DNA of 52,145 nucleotides from Fidelibacterota bacterium. GTDB taxonomy: Bacteria > Fidelibacterota > Marinisomatia > Marinisomatales > UBA2128. Each line of letters starts with the position of its first letter. Position 1 is the stretch's first letter. Under the pieces are notes generated by a model that was not told the DNA's origin, made no database searches, and saw only the letters and a program-made list of their open reading frames with translations. Below, piece by piece: positions 47,925-52,145 of the stretch. The position numbers and the translations under genes are program-made. The DNA lies in assembly GCA_046861645.1 (NCBI GenBank), contig JBHHUM010000009.1, positions 1 to 52,145 on the forward strand. The letters run 5' to 3'.

Positions 47925-49568
47925 GTGACGCCTTCGTCATACAAAATTGCCTATTTCAGCGCTGAGATTGGTTTAACGGCCAGCCTGCCCACTTACAGTG
48001 GAGGATTGGGTGTACTTGCTGGTGATCATATTAAAGCTGCAGCGGATGCTGAACTACCTTTGTGTGCAGTTTCACTATTGTACAAAGAAGGATATTGTCG
48101 TCAAAGAGTCGATGAAGAGGGGGTACAGACTGAAACGTATCCCCGTTTTGATCCTAAACCGTTACTAAAGAAGATTCCCATCGTTCTGGATTTGCCGCTG
48201 CGAGGAAGGAGGGTAAAAATTCATGCTTGGAAGTATATCCACAAAGGAATTACAGGGCATGAAATTCCTGTTTTCCTCCTTGATACCGATGTTAAAGAAA
48301 ATATCCATAAGGATCGGATCATTACCCTACGGCTTTATTCTGGAGACAAAAATCACAGGATTCTTCAGGAGGCAATTCTCGGTTTTGGGGGTGTACGTTT
48401 ACTGGAAGAAATAGGTATTAGTCACATCGAGACGTACCACATGAATGAAGGACATAGCTCATTTCTTGTATTGGAACTACTCCGTAAATTTTCCGGGGAC
48501 GAGTCTGCTGTAAGGAAACGATGCCTGTTCACTACTCACACTCCGGTAGAAGCGGGCCATGATCATTTCTCCTTGGAACGGTGCAAAGTACTCTTAGATG
48601 GATTAATCCCCAATGATCTTCCCCTGCCTGCAATGGTAAAAAATGATCGTCTCCACATGACAGAGCTGGGTCTCTATTTCAGTCGGGCAGCAAATGGTGT
48701 TTCCCAACTCCATCGAGAAGTCACAAGCAGGATGTTTCCTCAATTCAAAATAGGTCATGTGACCAACGGAGTATATCATCCCGGTTGGGTGGGAAAATCT
48801 TTAAGGGAACTGTTAGATAAACGATTACCAGGTTGGCGTGAAGACCCTTCCCAGCTTTTGCGGATTGATGAAATTTCCGATGAAGACCTCGAGTGGGCTC
48901 ACTGGTCCCATAAGCATTTTCTTTTAGGATATACCAATGCCTTGACTCAGAAAGCACTGTCGCTGGATACCCTCACCTTAGGTTTTGCCCGACGAGCGGC
49001 AGAATATAAGCGGGCTAAACTCATTTTCCGCGACCTGGATAGATTGATTAATATTGGACGGGGAAAGATTCAAATGATCTTTGCTGGCAAGGCGCACCCA
49101 AAAGACGATCACGGGAAGGAGATAATATGGGAAATCGTACAAAATGCCCGCAAACTTGCTGGTAAGGTTAAAGTGACATTTCTGGAAAACTACAATATTT
49201 GGTCAGGTCGGATAATAACTTCAGGAGTTGATGTATGGCTAAACACTCCTCTCCGACCTCACGAGGCTTCAGGTACCAGTGGAATGAAGGCGACTTTGAA
49301 TGGGATTCCCAATCTCTCTATTCTGGATGGTTGGTGGGCCGAGGCGTGTAAGGATGGAGTGAACGGCTGGGCAATTGGAGGGGCTGAGGTGACGAGTGAT
49401 GAGCAGGATGCGGCAGAGTTATACTCTATTCTGGAGCAAAAGGTCATTCCCTTGTATTATGAAGGCCGGAAAAAGTGGGTTAAAATGATGCGCGAAGCGA
49501 TTAAAACGGGAGTCCAATTTACGGCCCACCGTATGATTGGTGAATACGCTGACTTGTACTCAACGTGA
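47925..49568 (+). CDS. glgP: Alpha-glucan (glycogen/maltodextrin) phosphorylase, short form
   Basis: YSGGLGVLAGD, HMNEGH, FTTHTPV, VTNGV, FARRAAEYKR, EASGTSGMK (PLP Lys). Confidence 0.93.
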   Translation: MTPSSYKIAYFSAEIGLTASLPTYSGGLGVLAGDHIKAAADAELPLCAVSLLYKEGYCRQRVDEEGVQTETYPRFDPKPLLKKIPIVLDLPLRGRRVKIHAWKYIHKGITGHEIPVFLLDTDVKENIHKDRIITLRLYSGDKNHRILQEAILGFGGVRLLEEIGISHIETYHMNEGHSSFLVLELLRKFSGDESAVRKRCLFTTHTPVEAGHDHFSLERCKVLLDGLIPNDLPLPAMVKNDRLHMTELGLYFSRAANGVSQLHREVTSRMFPQFKIGHVTNGVYHPGWVGKSLRELLDKRLPGWREDPSQLLRIDEISDEDLEWAHWSHKHFLLGYTNALTQKALSLDTLTLGFARRAAEYKRAKLIFRDLDRLINIGRGKIQMIFAGKAHPKDDHGKEIIWEIVQNARKLAGKVKVTFLENYNIWSGRIITSGVDVWLNTPLRPHEASGTSGMKATLNGIPNLSILDGWWAEACKDGVNGWAIGGAEVTSDEQDAAELYSILEQKVIPLYYEGRKKWVKMMREAIKTGVQFTAHRMIGEYADLYST

Positions 49569-49591
49569 TGTGAAACGAGAGGAGGCCATCG

Positions 49592-51385
49592 ATGTCAACC
49601 ATTGATTTTGTGATTGTTGCTGTTTATCTGATCACCATCGTAGGGGTAGGACTGGTACTGCAGAGAAAGGCATCTCAGGGCATAGACTCCTACTTTCTGG
49701 GAAACCGTAATCTTCCCTGGTGGGCGTTGGGTGCATCTGGAATGGCTTCCAATACAGACATTGCCGGTACCATGATCAATACCGCATTCATTTATGCTCT
49801 TGGTACCAAGGGATTCTTCATCGAGATTCGGGGAGGGGTCACCCTTATCATGGCCTTTTTGATGATCTTTATGGGGAAGTGGAATCGACGGGCCAAAGTA
49901 ATGACACTGGCGGAATGGATGCATCTCCGCTTCGGCAAGGGAAAGGAAGGTGACTTGGCGCGCATTATCATGTCCATCGCCATGATAATTATGACCATTG
50001 CCATGGTGACCTACTTTGTTATCGGGGCAGGGAAATTTGTTGGCGAGTTTTTAGGAATTCACCCGCGGCTCGCTTCTATCCTGATGATTGTCCTTGCCAT
50101 GATCTATACAGTAGCCAGTGGTCTCTATGGAGTAGTTTGGACTGATGTGTTTCAGGGCACGCTAATTTTCGGCACAATTATCTACATTTGTATTATGGCT
50201 ATGCGACTGGTAAATCTGCCTACAGAATTTCTTGTATCTGTTCCTTTGAAGGAGGGCGGATTCCAAACTATACAAACTACCCTGGCGGAATGGACTCGTA
50301 TTCTGCCGCCTATTGAGATGAATATGCCCGCCGAATCCACCTATTCCATCTACAACCTCTTTGGAATAGCCATTATGTTCTACCTGTTCAAAGTGACTTT
50401 GGAAGGGAGCGGCGGTACTGGCGGCTATATGATTCAGCGGTACTTTGCCGCCAAGAGTGACCGGGAAGCCGGGCTGCTATCCCTCTTCTGGACGTTCCTG
50501 CTCTCTTTCCGCTGGCCGCTCATTGCTTCCTTCGCCATGCTCGGGATCTACTATGGCATCCACAATCAAGTTATTGCCGACCCGGAATTGGTATTACCTA
50601 CGGTAATAGGTGCCTATATTCCTTCTGGCATCAAGGGTTTACTGGTGGCAGGTCTCATGGCGGCAGCCATGTCCACTTTTGATTCTACAGTGAATGCCGG
50701 TGCGGCTTACTGGGTAAAAGACCTCTATCAGACATATATTAATCCCAAGGCGTCTGAGAAGCAGCTTATGGCTCACAGCCGGGTGGCATCCATTGTTATC
50801 GTACTGCTGGCATTATTAGTGAGTTACACTGTTCGGAATATCAACGACATATGGGGATGGATAACCATGGGGATCGGATCGGGACTGCTCATTCCGCAGC
50901 TGCTCCGCTGGTACTGGTGGCGGTTCAACGGCTATGGTTTTGCCATAGGAGTGGGAGCTGGTATGACGGCAGCTATCCTTACAAGAGCATTCGGTCCTGC
51001 CGATCTTCCGGAGTACGTTTCTTTCGTGATTGGCAGCGGTAGCTCCCTGTTGGGTTGTATCCTGGGGACTTATTTTACTGCCCCAACAGAACATACTATC
51101 TTGGATAATTTCTACCGGATAACGCGACCGTTTGGGTTCTGGGGACATGTACGGAGAAGTCTACCAAAGGATATACTCCAAAGTATCCATCGTGAGAACA
51201 GGCGGGATATCTTTTCCACTTTTCTTGCGGTTCCCTGGCAGGTTATTCTCTTTCTGACCGGGATGATGATCGTGATGGGTAGGTGGCAAAATATGGGGTG
51301 GCTAACGGTTGCCCTTGTGGTTCTTTCCATTGGTCTGTACTTTAGTTGGTTCAGACATCTATCTAAAGAAGTCAAGGTCGATTGA
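49592..51385 (+). CDS. Sodium:solute symporter (SSS) family transporter
   Basis: YFLGNRNLPWW, SGLYGVVWTDVFQ, QRYFAAK, AAAMSTFDS; many TM helices. Confidence 0.92.
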   Translation: MSTIDFVIVAVYLITIVGVGLVLQRKASQGIDSYFLGNRNLPWWALGASGMASNTDIAGTMINTAFIYALGTKGFFIEIRGGVTLIMAFLMIFMGKWNRRAKVMTLAEWMHLRFGKGKEGDLARIIMSIAMIIMTIAMVTYFVIGAGKFVGEFLGIHPRLASILMIVLAMIYTVASGLYGVVWTDVFQGTLIFGTIIYICIMAMRLVNLPTEFLVSVPLKEGGFQTIQTTLAEWTRILPPIEMNMPAESTYSIYNLFGIAIMFYLFKVTLEGSGGTGGYMIQRYFAAKSDREAGLLSLFWTFLLSFRWPLIASFAMLGIYYGIHNQVIADPELVLPTVIGAYIPSGIKGLLVAGLMAAAMSTFDSTVNAGAAYWVKDLYQTYINPKASEKQLMAHSRVASIVIVLLALLVSYTVRNINDIWGWITMGIGSGLLIPQLLRWYWWRFNGYGFAIGVGAGMTAAILTRAFGPADLPEYVSFVIGSGSSLLGCILGTYFTAPTEHTILDNFYRITRPFGFWGHVRRSLPKDILQSIHRENRRDIFSTFLAVPWQVILFLTGMMIVMGRWQNMGWLTVALVVLSIGLYFSWFRHLSKEVKVD

Positions 51386-51422
51386 TACCAACTTACTCTG
51401 TGGAGTTGATACTGCTAATAAA

Positions 51423-52145
51423 ATGACTGGAATATCTGTTCTTATCATTCTGATAACCTCCCTCAGTTGGAGTCAGGTTGTTTACTGGGAACCTGATCAA
51501 CCGTGGCAAGGTGGTGAGATCTCTATCTATTACGATGTGATTGCAGGGACACTTCCAGAGGGTACTACACAGGTCATTATTCACCTCGGCACAAATGGTT
51601 GGCAGAACGTGAATGACTACAACATGGACTACACCGGAGATGCTGGTTGGTGGCGTTTTGATTGGACTATTCCTTTTGATGTGACGGTCTTGGATTTTGC
51701 TTTCACTGATGGACAGGGTAACTGGGATAACAATGGCGGTTATGGTGTGGACTGGCATATTGCGGTTATCGAAGCCGGTCTTTGGACTCCCTTGGTACCG
51801 AATCCTAATGATACCGTTACCGTCCTGGTCAATAATCCTGTGGGGGGGAATCTCTGGTGGGGAGTAAACAGTTGGGAAGAGCCCCTGCAAAGTTATTGGC
51901 CCCCGGGCACTGTGCTGGGAGATCCTGGAGCCTCAGTAGAATCGCCTTTGAATGGACCGGATGAGAATGGCGATAACTGGATCAGAGTGGGACCCTTCAC
52001 TTCTGGCCAACAACCTGTAGAAGTACTTGATTTCGTCTTCCACTGGAATGACGGTACTTGGGACAATAATAATTTTAATGATTATCACATCCTTTATGAT
52101 TTCACCCCTCAGGATGGAGATGCCACTGTTGAGATTCTTTCCCAT
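51423..52145 (+). CDS. Secreted protein with starch-binding-type (CBM25/CBM53-like) modules, truncated by the window end (not in ORF track)
   Basis: Open frame to the window end: MTGISVLIILITSLSWSQVVYWEP...IHLGTNGW...LDFAFTDGQGNWDNNGG...LWWGVNSW...LDFVFHWNDGTWDNNN. Confidence 0.8.
   Translation, partial: MTGISVLIILITSLSWSQVVYWEPDQPWQGGEISIYYDVIAGTLPEGTTQVIIHLGTNGWQNVNDYNMDYTGDAGWWRFDWTIPFDVTVLDFAFTDGQGNWDNNGGYGVDWHIAVIEAGLWTPLVPNPNDTVTVLVNNPVGGNLWWGVNSWEEPLQSYWPPGTVLGDPGASVESPLNGPDENGDNWIRVGPFTSGQQPVEVLDFVFHWNDGTWDNNNFNDYHILYDFTPQDGDATVEILSH

Noticed and set aside
1710..51375. Numerous short antisense or alternate-frame ORFs in the ORF track
   Set aside because: They lie within well-supported genes and show no motifs of their own
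51393..52145. Minus-strand ORFs 51393-51890 and 51933-52145
   Set aside because: They are shadows of the plus-strand CBM-containing frame starting at 51423

Overview
Bacterial chromosomal window. The T9SS-type C-terminal domains, PorV-like barrel and TBDR/large-protein cassette suggest the FCB superphylum, possibly Marinimicrobia-like; the taxonomy is an inference. (1) 9-82: tRNA-Arg(TCT). (2) ~0.3-17.2 kb, minus strand: a sigma54-controlled redox operon. It opens with a Cyc2-like porin-cytochrome fusion, followed by a cupredoxin, two stand-alone CuA proteins, a NapH/NosH-like polyferredoxin, a small Cys-rich protein, a cytoplasmic FAD/Fe-S NAD(P) oxidoreductase, a Rieske/split cytochrome b6-type complex, an 8-heme cytochrome c, a monoheme cytochrome c and a cNMP-binding protein. 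A histidine kinase/NtrC-type pair lies upstream. No oxidase subunit I, NosZ or other terminal catalytic enzyme is present. (3) ~18-31 kb: housekeeping and envelope genes (EEP nucleases, TrpF-like, HAD, cold-shock, AMP nucleosidase, FG-GAP/ASPIC protein, beta-propeller lipoprotein, SxtIJK-like carbamoyltransferase trio, SGNH-TPR protein). This stretch includes an outer-membrane barrel gene with an in-frame TGA followed by an fdhF-like SECIS hairpin, a candidate selenoprotein that the ORF track truncates. (4) ~31.2-52.1 kb: a divergent alpha-glucan utilisation locus without SusD (GH13, PPIase, TBDR, 1247-aa protein, PorV-like, multi-CBM protein | TrmB, GH57, glucan phosphorylase, SSS transporter, CBM protein cut by the window edge) with two copies of a GTAACTCA-N4-TGAGTTAC palindrome. 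All calls come from reading motifs by eye; no database searches were run.
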